Positions 1 through 10,751 of a stretch of DNA of 64,000 bases are shown here, piece by piece. This stretch comes from a virus. A program made the position numbers and the translations under genes. Location: the IMG/VR virus record IMGVR_UViG_3300028840_004348; one strand, given 5' to 3'. How positions within the stretch are numbered: position 1 is the stretch's first letter; the number at the start of each line of letters is the position of its first letter. The notes under the pieces were generated by a model. That model was not told the DNA's origin, did not search any database, and was given only the letters and a program-made list of their open reading frames with translations.

Positions 1-2861
1 GTCATCGAATTGTTGACAATCCGACACCGGGTAGGACCGCCGACGATCTCGATGCAAGTCCGACAATCCCAAGCAATGAAGATGTTGCCCTCGACGACGT
101 TGTCGTACTGATCGATGGCGAGAACGCTCCCTTGCTGGGTGTTCGAGTAACCGATGTAGCGCAGGTAGAACTGGTTATTGGAGACGATGTTGCGCGGCGT
201 TGTCACCTCCATCATGTTGACGCCGCTGCTCCAGGAAGTCGAAGTGGAACGTTCGCAACGGATCTGATTCCCGATGAACCGATGGTTTCCGATGTTTCCA
301 GAACCGCTGCCGCTGCCGCCCAACGAGATGAAGGTATCCGCAGCGGAGGAAGTGTAGTCGAGGTAGTTCTCCTCGATGACGCCCTGCCGAGCTGCGCTCC
401 CCAAGTAGATCTTCGCCGTCGAGGCGGCTCCGCTGGCCCCCGTTACCCGGTTACTACGAACGATGGGGCCATAAGTGGTGGTCGCGTCCGGGATCCGGAA
501 GAAGAACTGAGCGTCGCACGAGGCACTGTAGTTGTCCAGGACGCGGATCTGGTCCGCTCCCGCAGACGTGATCACGGCGGTTCCGGACCCGGAGGGGGTC
601 GAACTGAAGTTGTTGTTGCGGATCACCACCTCGTCGCAACCGCTCGCCACGTAGATGACACCCGCAGATGCTCCGGAAACGTCGAACTCGCAGTTCTCGA
701 CAATTGACCCGGCAGCCCCCGAAGAGAAGTTGATCGCGTAGCTGGGCGGCGTGGCGCTCCAACCAGCACCGGTAAACTTGACATTCTCGATGTGGGACGG
801 CGCGGCGATGGAGAAGTAGTTGTCCGCGTCGTCCTGCGTGAACCGGATCTCGGTGTCCGCCGAGGAGATCCCGATGATGTGGATGGACTGGTTGATCGAG
901 GTCGCCGTGGTCCAGGTTATCGTGTAGGAACCCATCCCGAGCATGATCGTCGCCCCGCTGGTCGCGGTGACGATCAGGTAGCTCAGGAGCTGCTCCAAAC
1001 CGTTACCCGGAGGCACGTAATAGGTGCCGTCGATCTCGGACCAGGCATCCCCCGTCGTATTGGCCGTGAAGTTCGCGCCGCTCTCGGGCGTGACCGCGAC
1101 ACCCCCCGTACTGGAAAAGGCGACGAGCGTATTGGCCGAAGTCCGCTTGATCGCTGCCGTATCCCCGGTGTCGTCGCTGTCGTAGGTCAGCGTCATCGAC
1201 CCCGTGGCCGTGGCAGTCAAGACGCCTCCGTTGGCGTCGAGAGAGATGCCACCGTCGCTGTCGATGTCGATGTTACCGACATCCTGGACCGAGAAGACTC
1301 CCGAGCTGACGCTGACGCGGACAGTACCCCCAGTGGTAATCCCGAGACCTTCCGCACTGGCGAACATCGCCCAGTAGAGACCCGTCGTGGGATAATCACT
1401 GAAAGAATAAGCAGGGGCGGCAGCAGACCCTTCTGCTTCGAGCAAGATGCCTCTGCCGAGAATCTGGGCGGCTTCAGCCCCCGATGCCGCAAATCCGCAA
1501 GCAGGAGACCCACTCACGGTCAGGTAGTACATCCCCGTAGTGGTGGCGGCACCAAAAGAATAGGAAGGCTCGCTGATGCTGCCACTCCCGAGATGCCAAG
1601 GCTCGGTGCTCTCGTTGCGATCACCGTAGAAAGCCACCGTGGGAGAACCATCGATGTTGACACCCACGATAGCGGTCCCGTTCGTACTGTCGGCTCGCAG
1701 TACTACGGTGGCGTCCCCGGAAGTCGCGCCTACGTTGGTCGCGCGGATGGCGGTCTCGATGTTGGTCGCGGCGACGGCGTTGTAGGAATCGAGGGTGGCA
1801 TTCCCAGATGCATCCACCTCCAGGACACCGTTGCCGTTCCGAAGAAGCTCGAAGATGCTACCGCTTCCAGTCGTGTCGTAATTCAACGACACTGCTGCGG
1901 CGATGTCCACGTCAAGACCACCGGCGCTGGCGTAGAGCCGAAGCGCGTCCGCGCCGGTACCGGCGGAGTTGAGGATCACCTGATTCGCTCCGCCCCCGAG
2001 AGCTTCCAGACTCAAGCTCCGGTTGGCGGCAGTAACAGTGAAATTCGAGCCAGACGTTCCGTCGATGCTGACACCCGTGCCGTCGATGGTAACAGCTCCG
2101 GCAGCATCTACGACGATGTTTCCCGATGTCGTGGTAGACAGCGTCAAGGAGGAACCGGCCACCGTGAAGTTGGAAGCTCCACCGGCATCAAGCGTAATCG
2201 CGTCTGTGGAGTTCAGATCGATATCGCCCGCTCCCCCGGTCGAGACCTCGAAATTCTGACCGGAGACCGGTGTGAAAGTGATCTGTCCGACAGTGGAGAT
2301 ATTCATCCGGACGGCGGTCCCGTCCTGGAAGATGTTGAATTCACCAGTACCTGGAGAACCTACATCAAAGTGGAGATGAAGGTCACCACCCCCACCGCTC
2401 TTGATCGTCGTATCGGTGACACCGCCCAGGAATCGGGAAGCACCGTTGACCTGGAGATCGAGCGTGTCAGAAGCGCCCCCATCGGTGTCGGCCTCGATGA
2501 CGACTGAACCGATGGCGCGATAAGTCAAACGATCTATCCGAGACGTCAAGTCCAGCTCGGAACCATCGCTGCGAAGTCGAAAATAGGAAGATCCAGTGGT
2601 AGTAAAATCTATGTCGAAGCCTTCGTTCGAGCTGACCGAATTGAGATCGGCGAGGATCGAACCCGCTCCGTTCGACTTGAGAGTGAGATCCTGTCCGGTC
2701 GCCGGCAGAACCTGCACGGCTCCGGCACTCGTCAGCTCGACCGTGCCAGAGCCGTACTTGAGGCCGGCGATCAAGGCATGATCGGCGTTCGCCAACTGCC
2801 GACGAATATTCTCGCCAGCAGAAGGCGAAGTCACCGAACCGTACAGGTACCGATCAGCCAT
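1..2861 (-). CDS. Tail fibre/tailspike-like protein, partial (C-terminus runs off window start). N-terminus MADRYLYGSV...; C-terminal part has parallel beta-helix-like NNNFSSTPSGSG / CDAQFFF repeats
   Basis: ATG at 2861..2859 preceded by AGGAGCC RBS. Continuous minus-strand frame read manually to window edge. N-terminus resembles the neighbouring fibre gene. The plus-strand ORFs 132..707 and 792..2507 are its antisense artefacts. Confidence 0.5.
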   Translation of the reverse strand, partial: MADRYLYGSVTSPSAGENIRRQLANADHALIAGLKYGSGTVELTSAGAVQVLPATGQDLTLKSNGAGSILADLNSVSSNEGFDIDFTTTGSSYFRLRSDGSELDLTSRIDRLTYRAIGSVVIEADTDGGASDTLDLQVNGASRFLGGVTDTTIKSGGGGDLHLHFDVGSPGTGEFNIFQDGTAVRMNISTVGQITFTPVSGQNFEVSTGGAGDIDLNSTDAITLDAGGASNFTVAGSSLTLSTTTSGNIVVDAAGAVTIDGTGVSIDGTSGSNFTVTAANRSLSLEALGGGANQVILNSAGTGADALRLYASAGGLDVDIAAAVSLNYDTTGSGSIFELLRNGNGVLEVDASGNATLDSYNAVAATNIETAIRATNVGATSGDATVVLRADSTNGTAIVGVNIDGSPTVAFYGDRNESTEPWHLGSGSISEPSYSFGAATTTGMYYLTVSGSPACGFAASGAEAAQILGRGILLEAEGSAAAPAYSFSDYPTTGLYWAMFASAEGLGITTGGTVRVSVSSGVFSVQDVGNIDIDSDGGISLDANGGVLTATATGSMTLTYDSDDTGDTAAIKRTSANTLVAFSSTGGVAVTPESGANFTANTTGDAWSEIDGTYYVPPGNGLEQLLSYLIVTATSGATIMLGMGSYTITWTTATSINQSIHIIGISSADTEIRFTQDDADNYFSIAAPSHIENVKFTGAGWSATPPSYAINFSSGAAGSIVENCEFDVSGASAGVIYVASGCDEVVIRNNNFSSTPSGSGTAVITSAGADQIRVLDNYSASCDAQFFFRIPDATTTYGPIVRSNRVTGASGAASTAKIYLGSAARQGVIEENYLDYTSSAADTFISLGGSGSGSGNIGNHRFIGNQIRCERSTSTSWSSGVNMMEVTTPRNIVSNNQFYLRYIGYSNTQQGSVLAIDQYDNVVEGNIFIAWDCRTCIEIVGGPTRCRIVNNSM

Positions 2862-2876
2862 TCAAGGCTCCTGCCG

Positions 2877-5588
2877 CTAGATCAGCGTCGGCTCACCGAT
2901 GGTGATGACGATCTCCCGGCCCGAGCCGGTCGCCCAGCCGATCCGCTGCACCACGTCGCCCGAAGCGGACGGCGCGGTCGAAGTAGCCTCGCCCGCCGTG
3001 GTAGCCAGGTAGATCGCGTCCCCGCAAGCCCAGGCACCCACGTCCGAGGTGGCCACGGTCGCCTTGCCGCCCGACGCCACCGAGGCGGTGGCACTCTGGG
3101 CCGCGCCCACGGTGCAGACACCCACGACGAACTTCTTGCTCGCCGCGTTCGCGTCCGCGAGATCGAGGATGCCCGCCGCGTTCGCGTCGTCGAGGCAGAC
3201 CACGTCGTTCGCGCTGATGCCGGCCACCGTGTCCACGACACCGGTCCACACGCCGACACCGCTGATCTCGCCCTTCAGCTCGTTCAGCGCGCCCACGATG
3301 GAGGTCGCGGTGAAACCGCTCAGCGTGGTGTCACCGGCCTCGTTGAGCGTGATGGTCGCAGCCCGGCCTCCGAGGGTCAGGTCCGCCGTCGCGCCGGTCA
3401 CGGACAGTGTGGAGGCGTTCGCCACGTCGATGGTGAAGCCCGTGATACCGCTCTCGGTGAGAGCGCCGGAGCCGTCGAAGTTGAAGTAGCCGGTGTCGTC
3501 GCCGAACTGGCTCACGCCGCCGCCACGCAGGGTCAACGCGCCGGAGGGTGTGATGTCCGCGCTCACCAGAGCGGTCTCGGTGAGAGCGCCCGCGCCGTCC
3601 AGGTCGAGCTGGGCCACGCCGTCGTTCAGGTTGATGCCGCCAGTCCCGGACTGGAGATCGACCGCCGTCGCACCCGTGGAGTTGCCCACGGTGATCGTCC
3701 GGGCGGCAGCGCCCGTGCCGATGTTGATGGGCTGCGCGTTCCCGTCGTTGCCGATGCCGATGGAGCCGCCCGACGAGTTGATCTGAACCGCGCCGGAGCC
3801 GTCGAGATCGATGGTCGTGACGCCGCTGGTGCTGATCGCGCCGCTGCTCAGCTGGAACGAGGCGGTGCCGTCCTGGAGGTTGACCGAGGTGGCGCTCGTG
3901 CTCACGCGGTTGCTGCCGCTGACCCGGAGGTTGGTGTTCTGGGTGGAATTGAGATAGAGGTTCGCATCCCCCGCGCCGATGTTCGCCGCCGAGATGGTGA
4001 AGGTCTGATCCGCTGCGTTGTTGTACTCGGAGTGGATGTCGTGACCGGTGGTCCCCGCACCAGCAAGCTTGATGCCGTAGCCGGTGCCGGCGTTGACGAT
4101 GGAGAGCGCAGCGGGGTTGTTGGTGACGTCGTTCTGGGTCAGGGTGAGCGGGATGGCGTTCTCGGTGTCGTCCACCGTGATCGCCACGACATCGCCCGAG
4201 GTCTTCGGGCTCAGGACGCCAGCCGACTCCGACCAGTACGAGCTTCCCTCGGTGACCGCGTAGGTGATGGCCGCGACGAGGGACATCTCGCCGCCGAGAG
4301 CCGTCTCCAGGTCATCCCATTCGGAAGCGGCGTCGGAAAGGGTCCAGGACGCCGACCAAGTGGATCCCGTCCGGAAGTAGTCGTCCAACGTGAGCGTGTA
4401 GCCGTAGAGCCGTGTGAGAGACCCATTGCTGGCGTCGGCCACCTCGCCAATGGTGATCGTGCGCTGACCGCCGGATTCACTGGCCGTACCGATGTTGACA
4501 GCCGTCGAACCGTAGGCGGCAGAAGTCGAGGTGCAGATGTTGAACGCGCCGGTATCGTTGCAGTTCATGTTCACGGAACCGGTACCGGTGTTGTTCAGGA
4601 TGACGTTCCCGCTGTTGGTGGTCATGGAGAGACCCGCGCCACCATCCGCCGAGATGCTCACCCCTGCTCCCCCGATGGACAGCGCGCCCACGGCGTCGAG
4701 GGTGGCCGCGCCGGCAGAATTGATGTTGACGGTAGCACCGTCCAGGTCGAGATCCGCCACGGAGTTGATGTTGATGTCGCCCGTGGTCGTGGTCGTGATG
4801 TCGAGGTTGGCCGAATCGGAAGTGATCAGCCTGGAGCCGGCCCCTTGGAGATCGATGGCTGCCCCCGTACCGGCGTTGGAGACGATGAGCGCGTCGGGGT
4901 TGTTGGTGACGTCGCTCTGGGTCAGCGTCAGGACCGCGATGTTCTGGGTATCGGCCACCGAGAACGCGATTGCGCCATCGCCGGAAGTGGCGGCGATGGT
5001 GTTGCCCTGCGCGTAGGCCTGCTGGAGGCTGTTGCCCGCCGAGGTGCCCGCCGTCTGCCAGGACGCGCCATTGTACCATTGGAGCGCGCCCGCGCCGTTC
5101 ACCCGGATCGCACCGGTCGCCAAGTCGGCGGCAGCGTCGTCCGAGTCCGGAAGGATGAGCACCGACTCCGAATCCGCCGTGCGGTCGAAGATGATGCTCT
5201 TGTCCTGATCGACACCCATGTCCACCCGGAGGTTGACGTCGGTATCGCCGGAGGCGTGAGCCGTGCCGATGTTCACCACGTCGACAGCGCTCACGTAGGA
5301 GCCGCCGAGGGTGATGACGTCGCCATCTCCGTTGCCGAGATCGACATCACCCTCCAAGGTGCTGGTGTCCAGCAGGGTGGTCGTACCTTCGACCTCGAAG
5401 TTGCCCTTGACCGTCGTGAGCACGCCGGTCGAGCCGATGTCGATGGCCGTGGTGTTGGCGTCCGTGCCGATGGACATCCCACCGCTGTCAGCAGCTGTTC
5501 GTTGGATGCTGGCCGCGATCAGGGCGTCGGTCGAAATCAGATTCCTGATTTGACCGCCTTCCCTCGCCAGCGCGTACAGGTTTGCCAT
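2877..5588 (-). CDS. Tail fibre-like repetitive protein (903 aa, Gly/Thr/Ser/Ala-rich beta-repeats)
   Basis: Long ORF of low-complexity beta-strand repeats. Contains the module PLTLTQNDVTNNPAAL twice. N-terminus similar to the downstream fibre gene. Confidence 0.55.
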   Translation of the reverse strand: MANLYALAREGGQIRNLISTDALIAASIQRTAADSGGMSIGTDANTTAIDIGSTGVLTTVKGNFEVEGTTTLLDTSTLEGDVDLGNGDGDVITLGGSYVSAVDVVNIGTAHASGDTDVNLRVDMGVDQDKSIIFDRTADSESVLILPDSDDAAADLATGAIRVNGAGALQWYNGASWQTAGTSAGNSLQQAYAQGNTIAATSGDGAIAFSVADTQNIAVLTLTQSDVTNNPDALIVSNAGTGAAIDLQGAGSRLITSDSANLDITTTTTGDININSVADLDLDGATVNINSAGAATLDAVGALSIGGAGVSISADGGAGLSMTTNSGNVILNNTGTGSVNMNCNDTGAFNICTSTSAAYGSTAVNIGTASESGGQRTITIGEVADASNGSLTRLYGYTLTLDDYFRTGSTWSASWTLSDAASEWDDLETALGGEMSLVAAITYAVTEGSSYWSESAGVLSPKTSGDVVAITVDDTENAIPLTLTQNDVTNNPAALSIVNAGTGYGIKLAGAGTTGHDIHSEYNNAADQTFTISAANIGAGDANLYLNSTQNTNLRVSGSNRVSTSATSVNLQDGTASFQLSSGAISTSGVTTIDLDGSGAVQINSSGGSIGIGNDGNAQPINIGTGAAARTITVGNSTGATAVDLQSGTGGINLNDGVAQLDLDGAGALTETALVSADITPSGALTLRGGGVSQFGDDTGYFNFDGSGALTESGITGFTIDVANASTLSVTGATADLTLGGRAATITLNEAGDTTLSGFTATSIVGALNELKGEISGVGVWTGVVDTVAGISANDVVCLDDANAAGILDLADANAASKKFVVGVCTVGAAQSATASVASGGKATVATSDVGAWACGDAIYLATTAGEATSTAPSASGDVVQRIGWATGSGREIVITIGEPTLI

Positions 5589-5628
5589 TTTCCCTTCTCC
5601 TTCCTAGAAGATCTTCTTCACCACCCTC

Positions 5629-5952
5629 CTACAGGATGTGGTGATGCGTCGTGTTCGCAGCGACCTCGACGAAAGGCCGTTTTTCCATGTGATCCGCGTA
5701 GTTGTGGTACGCGTGCGTAGGAACTCCTCCGGGATGGTGCTTGAGCGGCACCTTCGGCGGACGGTAGTTCAGCAGCGCCTGGTCCGCGATGGGATCGTCC
5801 TCGGTGCGAACGACCTCCTGATCCCGGATTACCAGCAACTTCTTGCCGGTCTTGGTCGGGACCTTCACCTTGAGAACAGTGTCCCCGCTGGCGTCCCGCT
5901 GAATCGAGGACGGAGTCTCCGACAGAAAAAACCTGAACTTACGCACCGTCAT
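5629..5952 (-). CDS. Hypothetical protein (about 107 aa, starts at internal Met MTVRKF)
   Basis: GAGGTGA RBS before the ATG at 5952. The full track ORF would overlap the upstream gene. Confidence 0.3.
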   Translation of the reverse strand: MTVRKFRFFLSETPSSIQRDASGDTVLKVKVPTKTGKKLLVIRDQEVVRTEDDPIADQALLNYRPPKVPLKHHPGGVPTHAYHNYADHMEKRPFVEVAANTTHHHIL

Positions 5953-5956
5953 ATCG

Positions 5957-6634
5957 TCACCTCGTCGTGATCGTGGGCCGGAAAACCATCGTGGTGGCGT
6001 TCCGGGCAAAACCAATCTCCTGTTGAACCGTCCAGCCAACCGGAGGCGTCGTCGCAAAACTTCCCGACGCCGCCAGAAAGTACGTAGCGCCGGGAGTCAG
6101 CGACCAGGCCCCGTTGGTGATTTCACTGCCGTAAGCGATGTCGCAGGTCGTGCCGCCCCCGTAGACGGAGATGACCATTCCCCGAGCCGCGCTGCCCACG
6201 ACGGCATCCGCCGTGCTCACGGTATCGGCAGCGCTGATATAGACCAGATCTCCGACCGCCGTCCCCAGAGAGCAAGTGAATCCCGTCCCGATGAAGGCTA
6301 CACCGCCCGAGACTCGAAGATCGTAGGTGACTCCCAGCTGGTCCGTAAACTTGATCGGATATCCGATGGCAGGTCCGGCAGAAGTATCGATCCAGAGAGT
6401 GGGCGCTCCAGGAGGACCCGGAGAGGACGCGTGACCGGTGGGGTCGAACTGGAGACCTCCGGTTCCAATGATCGGCAGATTGTCCAGATTGAGCTTCTGC
6501 TCCAAGGAGGTGATGGCGGAAGAGAGTGAATTCGGGTGGTTAGCGATGACCTCGTCCACGTTGTCGATCATCGCCGTCGAGAAATTGTCGAAGGAGGTTG
6601 GATAGGTGCTCGGATACGGCCAGATCGTAGTCAT
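5957..6634 (-). CDS. Hypothetical structural (fibre/baseplate-like) protein
   Basis: 225-aa ORF, Gly/Thr-rich, sits between fibre genes. Confidence 0.45.
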   Translation of the reverse strand: MTTIWPYPSTYPTSFDNFSTAMIDNVDEVIANHPNSLSSAITSLEQKLNLDNLPIIGTGGLQFDPTGHASSPGPPGAPTLWIDTSAGPAIGYPIKFTDQLGVTYDLRVSGGVAFIGTGFTCSLGTAVGDLVYISAADTVSTADAVVGSAARGMVISVYGGGTTCDIAYGSEITNGAWSLTPGATYFLAASGSFATTPPVGWTVQQEIGFARNATTMVFRPTITTR

Positions 6635-6723
6635 CTCGGTAATCTGCTCCTGTCGACGTCATAGTATACTTCAGGAGCATTGCTCGTTTATAAAGATGAG
6701 GGGAGAAAACTGAAATCCGATAA

Positions 6724-7527
6724 TCAGCTGGCGAGCGCACCTACATCGAGCGGACCATCGTAGGGGAAAACTTCGCGGATGTTCCGATGGAAGTACTTGC
6801 CTTTGGACTCCGCGTTCAAGAGATCCGAAAAGATCTGCCCCGGAACATTGAAGTACCGGTAAAGAGTGCGCGGCGTATTTCGTTTGGGACGAAACGAGAT
6901 ATAGAGAATTTCCTCCTCCTCGTCGTAGCCCACCCCCTCCAGATTCGAAGATTCGACAGGATGCATGACAGGCATCTGAAAGGGTTCGATCGGTTCACCC
7001 GGAGGAATGGCTTCTGGTTCTCCTACCGGTGGAGGAACGTACTCCTCGAAGCGAGGGTACAGCTCATCGCTCTCCTCGATGTCCTCCTGAATATCTTCTT
7101 CGACAGTGGGAACTTCTTCCGGGATTGGACCTGGGGGAGCTTCGGGAGGTGGTTCGAAAACATCGTATTCCTCTTCAATGAAGTCCTCGGTCTCCTCCTC
7201 GCCCCAGCCGGTCCACTCCTTGATCTTGCGCTTGAGATTGTCCCACCAGCCGGCATTGCGTCGGAGTGCGGCCCGGACGATTCGGTCCTCGATGAAGGGA
7301 TGGGGATCGAGCGGCTCGAAAGATTCCTTGCCGAAGAACCTATCGACGGCGGCGGAGCGGATTCCGGTCCGGGTGCCGATATCCAGCTCGACGAGCGCCA
7401 TCGTGAAGGGATAGTGCTCCTCCTCAGAGAGCTGGGACAGGAGATCCTCGTAGTGTTGCTGGCGCAAGATTCTTTCCGCTCCGGCAGATATCTTGGCCGA
7501 CTCGATTGCTTCATCCAGCGTGATCAT
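6724..7527 (-). CDS. Hypothetical acidic protein with a Pro/Glu-rich linker
   Basis: Internal start MITLDEA with GAGGAGGG RBS. The track ORF 6724..7995 is over-extended. Confidence 0.45.
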   Translation of the reverse strand: MITLDEAIESAKISAGAERILRQQHYEDLLSQLSEEEHYPFTMALVELDIGTRTGIRSAAVDRFFGKESFEPLDPHPFIEDRIVRAALRRNAGWWDNLKRKIKEWTGWGEEETEDFIEEEYDVFEPPPEAPPGPIPEEVPTVEEDIQEDIEESDELYPRFEEYVPPPVGEPEAIPPGEPIEPFQMPVMHPVESSNLEGVGYDEEEEILYISFRPKRNTPRTLYRYFNVPGQIFSDLLNAESKGKYFHRNIREVFPYDGPLDVGALAS

Positions 7528-7678
7528 CACGTCCCTCCTCGCACGACTCGAACCAGTCGCCGCAGAGATCCTTCCGACAGAAGGAGCACTTCTGGTTATA
7601 ACACGTCGGCGGTTGGGTTTCGTTAAGGTCGACCGATTCCTCGACCTCGATCTTCGGAACTGGCTTGCGTCTGGCCAT
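7511..7678 (-). CDS. Small Cys-rich (zinc-ribbon-like) protein, about 55 aa
   Basis: ATG at 7678 with GAGGAGG RBS and an upstream cTTGTATCTTGAG promoter-like motif. Cys pattern CYNQKCSFC...LCGDWFESC. Below the track's length cutoff. Confidence 0.3.
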   Translation of the reverse strand: MARRKPVPKIEVEESVDLNETQPPTCYNQKCSFCRKDLCGDWFESCEEGRDDHAG

Positions 7679-7733
7679 GTCAGCCTCCTCTTCTCAAGAT
7701 ACAAGAAGAGGAGCTGGCAGAAAACCGGAGATC

Positions 7734-8399
7734 CTACAGGAAGATACCTTCGATCTTCAGATCGCAGGTACCGGCGGTTCCGCTGTCGGCCCCGGCAACA
7801 CCGACGTACAGCGTGGCGTTGTCGTCCACCGTGGCAATCGCCGTCGTGGTGACATCGATCTCCTTGACGATAGCCTCGCCGACACCGACCGCCCCGAGAC
7901 CCGTGAGAGCCGCAGCGTTGAGCCACTGCGTGCCGCCGGTCGAGGTTCCCAGATTGAGCGTGGCATCCCCGACCAAGGCAGTCGCGGAGCGGCAAATTGC
8001 GGTGGCGCGGAGCGGCAGGAACTTCTGGCTGCCATCACCCGGCAGGTTCACGGTCCACTCCGTGACCGCATCCTTCAGATCGATGCCCTGGACGATGACC
8101 GAGGCGATACCCTCGGCCATGTCCGCCACGCCGTCCGAGTCCAGATCGAACAAGGTGCCGTTCTGGATCGCCGACATCTGGGAAGCAGTCAGGATGCGAC
8201 CGCTCGCGTTGCCCACGCGGACCCGGATCTTGTTGTTGGTGATGAAGGTCGCACAGTCTTCGCAGAACTGCTTGTTGCCGAGCACGTCCTTCACGTCGAC
8301 GGTCGCGCTGGAAGCGCCGACGATCTTGACGTTCGGAAGACCTTCGTCCCCCGAAATGCTGATGTTCCCCGAAGTCAGACCCTCGATGTAGAGATTCAT
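7734..8399 (-). CDS. Hypothetical structural protein
   Basis: 221-aa ORF with AAGGAGAG RBS, directly downstream of the terminase-like gene. Confidence 0.5.
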   Translation of the reverse strand: MNLYIEGLTSGNISISGDEGLPNVKIVGASSATVDVKDVLGNKQFCEDCATFITNNKIRVRVGNASGRILTASQMSAIQNGTLFDLDSDGVADMAEGIASVIVQGIDLKDAVTEWTVNLPGDGSQKFLPLRATAICRSATALVGDATLNLGTSTGGTQWLNAAALTGLGAVGVGEAIVKEIDVTTTAIATVDDNATLYVGVAGADSGTAGTCDLKIEGIFL

Positions 8400-8498
8400 T
8401 TTCGCTCTCCTTGCCGATCCTACCGGGAAGTCTCTCCCATGATTCCGCGCCAGTATATCATGATCATTTTGGCTTTTCTAAAAATCGCCGAACTTGAC

Positions 8499-10751
8499 CT
8501 ACCAGTTCGCCGGACCCCGGAAGTTCATGCCGACCATCGAGGTATCCGTGGCGACCTGGCGCTTCCGAACGGCCCGGCGCTTCTTGGTCTCGGCCAGCTC
8601 GTCGACGATGGAGTTCTGCACCAGCTGGTGGACGCCGATGTAGCAGCGGGCCAGGTCGTCCGAGTCGCGACCGCGCATCTTTCCCTTGTTGGGATTGTGG
8701 AACTTCCGCAGATCAGGAGTTCGAGAGAGCTTCAGAAGCTCCACCAGAGCCACGGAGCGGCCCTCCATCTGCTCCTGAGGCGTTCCTACGACCAGACTAC
8801 CCTTGTCGGATAAACCGACCATATCGTCCGTCCTGGGGGCCAGCAGGCTCACCCTGCCGTTGTAGGTCATCCGGAGGAATCCCATGAAGTGCTCGGGCTT
8901 GAGCGTGACCTTGGTGGCCATGATTCCCATCGTCCTGATCTGCTGGATGGTCGACTCGGAGTTCCAGCGGTCGAAGGCGATGGAGGCGATCCTGATCTTC
9001 TTGCGCAGCTGCTCGATGACATTGACCACCGAGTTGAACCAGATGTCGCGCTCGTTGGTCGGGACGATGCGCACGGCGAAATCGATGACGGTGGCCATCA
9101 TCTCGCCACGATGATCGTAGGGGATATTGCCGGACGGCATCGCCGAGAATGCGCGCATCATCCTGCGCTGCTCCTGCTGCGAGGAGATGATCATCGGCGC
9201 GTCGGCGGCGACCGCCATCCCGGATCCGAGATAAGTGCCCATGTCCTCGGCCAGGACCACGTCGAACGGGGTCACCGGCTCGATGCGTCCACGACCCGTC
9301 CCGATCTTCGAGAGCTTGCGGTCACCGTTCTCATCCTCATCCCCCTCCTCTTCGAGGTCCTCGGCACTGATCCACTCGGGATGGGCGCAGACGAGCGCGA
9401 AGGAGTCCCAGCTCAGACCGGCGTCACCGAAAATGTAGTAGGTGTTGACCTGATCGAGCTGACAGCGGTCCAAATCGATGCCGACGTACTGCTTGCCAGT
9501 GGCGTCGTTCAAGTAGGTTTCGGCGAAGGTGGCGATGGGCTCCCTCTCCCAGTCGATGCTCTTCCAGAACCGGAGCGGATCATCGACGTAAGGCATGTCG
9601 GCATTCGGAGGAGAGGCCCCGAAGTCGCGCTCTGCGGCGATGGGATCTTTCACGTACTCCTCGTCGAAGAGATGTCGAGGCATGTGCGGATTGAACTCCC
9701 AGGTCGCCCCCTTCCAGCCGTAGGTCTTCTTCAGCTCGCCGGCCTCGGCCTTGTAGTAGGTCTGCATGGCAGGGTCATCCTGGGCAAGCGGACTCGTGAC
9801 GTTGATCATCAGGCCCAGGAACGAAGGGAGGTGGTTCAGCTCCTGCGAGGCCCTGACGGTCTTCAACGACTGGTTGAGCACGCGGTACAGCTCCTGCGCA
9901 GACCGGGTGCCCTCGGTGTCGACGAGACGCGCCCACTCATCGATGGAGGCCATGATCCTGGTCTTGCCAGCGATGCCCGCCGAGTCGGAGGCGATCCGGT
10001 TGAACCGGCACATCAGGTAACCGTCCAAGATGGCGTCGTCGTTGATACGATATTTCCACTTATCGACGGCGTTGCCGATCTGCTTCTTCTCCTCAGCCCG
10101 GACCCACTCCATGTACTTGCGAATCCACGGAGAATTGTTCCGCATTTCTCGATACTTGGCATAGATGGTCTGAGCTGCCTGAGTCGCAGTCGATGCGGCG
10201 AAGGTCACCTCGAACCACTCGGATCTCTCCTGTTTGAGCAGCCGCTGGAGCGCACCCCTGCTGTCAACGCCTCGGGTGATGAGGAAGTGCTCGAAGTAGC
10301 CTCCAATGTGTGCGCCTGTGAAGCTCTTGCCCGAGCGCATGCCGGCGATGACGATCATCTCGTTGTACGGCAACAGGATGGCGTCTTCGTAGAACTCGCG
10401 CTGGGTGCTGCGGCAGCGGGGGCAGACGAAGTCCTGCTCCGACTCATTCCAGACGAGCAGAGTCTCCGACTCCAGGTAGAGCCGACTCTTGCCCCAACAA
10501 TCGATGTCCTCCGGCTTCATCGAGTTGCAGATAGGGCAGCGCAGGTTGAAGACGTCGCGCAGGATCTGATACTGGCGACTGTGATCGAACGTGCTCGGAA
10601 CATTCCAGTAGTCGATACCGGTAATCCACTCAATGATGTTCGGAGCCGGCCTCCGCAGATATTCAACATCGATGTCACGCTCGCGGCTCTTGCCTTTGAT
10701 GACGCCGTCGATTCGCGACGTCATGCGGTCGATGAACTCGTGATTACTCAT
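8499..10751 (-). CDS. Terminase large subunit-like ATPase/nuclease (750 aa) with an N-terminal CxxC...CxxC zinc ribbon
   Basis: Walker A AGMRSGKSF, Walker B-like IDEWARLVD, and a C-terminal acidic nuclease-like region IFGDAGLSWD. Size fits TerL. Confidence 0.5.
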   Translation of the reverse strand: MSNHEFIDRMTSRIDGVIKGKSRERDIDVEYLRRPAPNIIEWITGIDYWNVPSTFDHSRQYQILRDVFNLRCPICNSMKPEDIDCWGKSRLYLESETLLVWNESEQDFVCPRCRSTQREFYEDAILLPYNEMIVIAGMRSGKSFTGAHIGGYFEHFLITRGVDSRGALQRLLKQERSEWFEVTFAASTATQAAQTIYAKYREMRNNSPWIRKYMEWVRAEEKKQIGNAVDKWKYRINDDAILDGYLMCRFNRIASDSAGIAGKTRIMASIDEWARLVDTEGTRSAQELYRVLNQSLKTVRASQELNHLPSFLGLMINVTSPLAQDDPAMQTYYKAEAGELKKTYGWKGATWEFNPHMPRHLFDEEYVKDPIAAERDFGASPPNADMPYVDDPLRFWKSIDWEREPIATFAETYLNDATGKQYVGIDLDRCQLDQVNTYYIFGDAGLSWDSFALVCAHPEWISAEDLEEEGDEDENGDRKLSKIGTGRGRIEPVTPFDVVLAEDMGTYLGSGMAVAADAPMIISSQQEQRRMMRAFSAMPSGNIPYDHRGEMMATVIDFAVRIVPTNERDIWFNSVVNVIEQLRKKIRIASIAFDRWNSESTIQQIRTMGIMATKVTLKPEHFMGFLRMTYNGRVSLLAPRTDDMVGLSDKGSLVVGTPQEQMEGRSVALVELLKLSRTPDLRKFHNPNKGKMRGRDSDDLARCYIGVHQLVQNSIVDELAETKKRRAVRKRQVATDTSMVGMNFRGPANW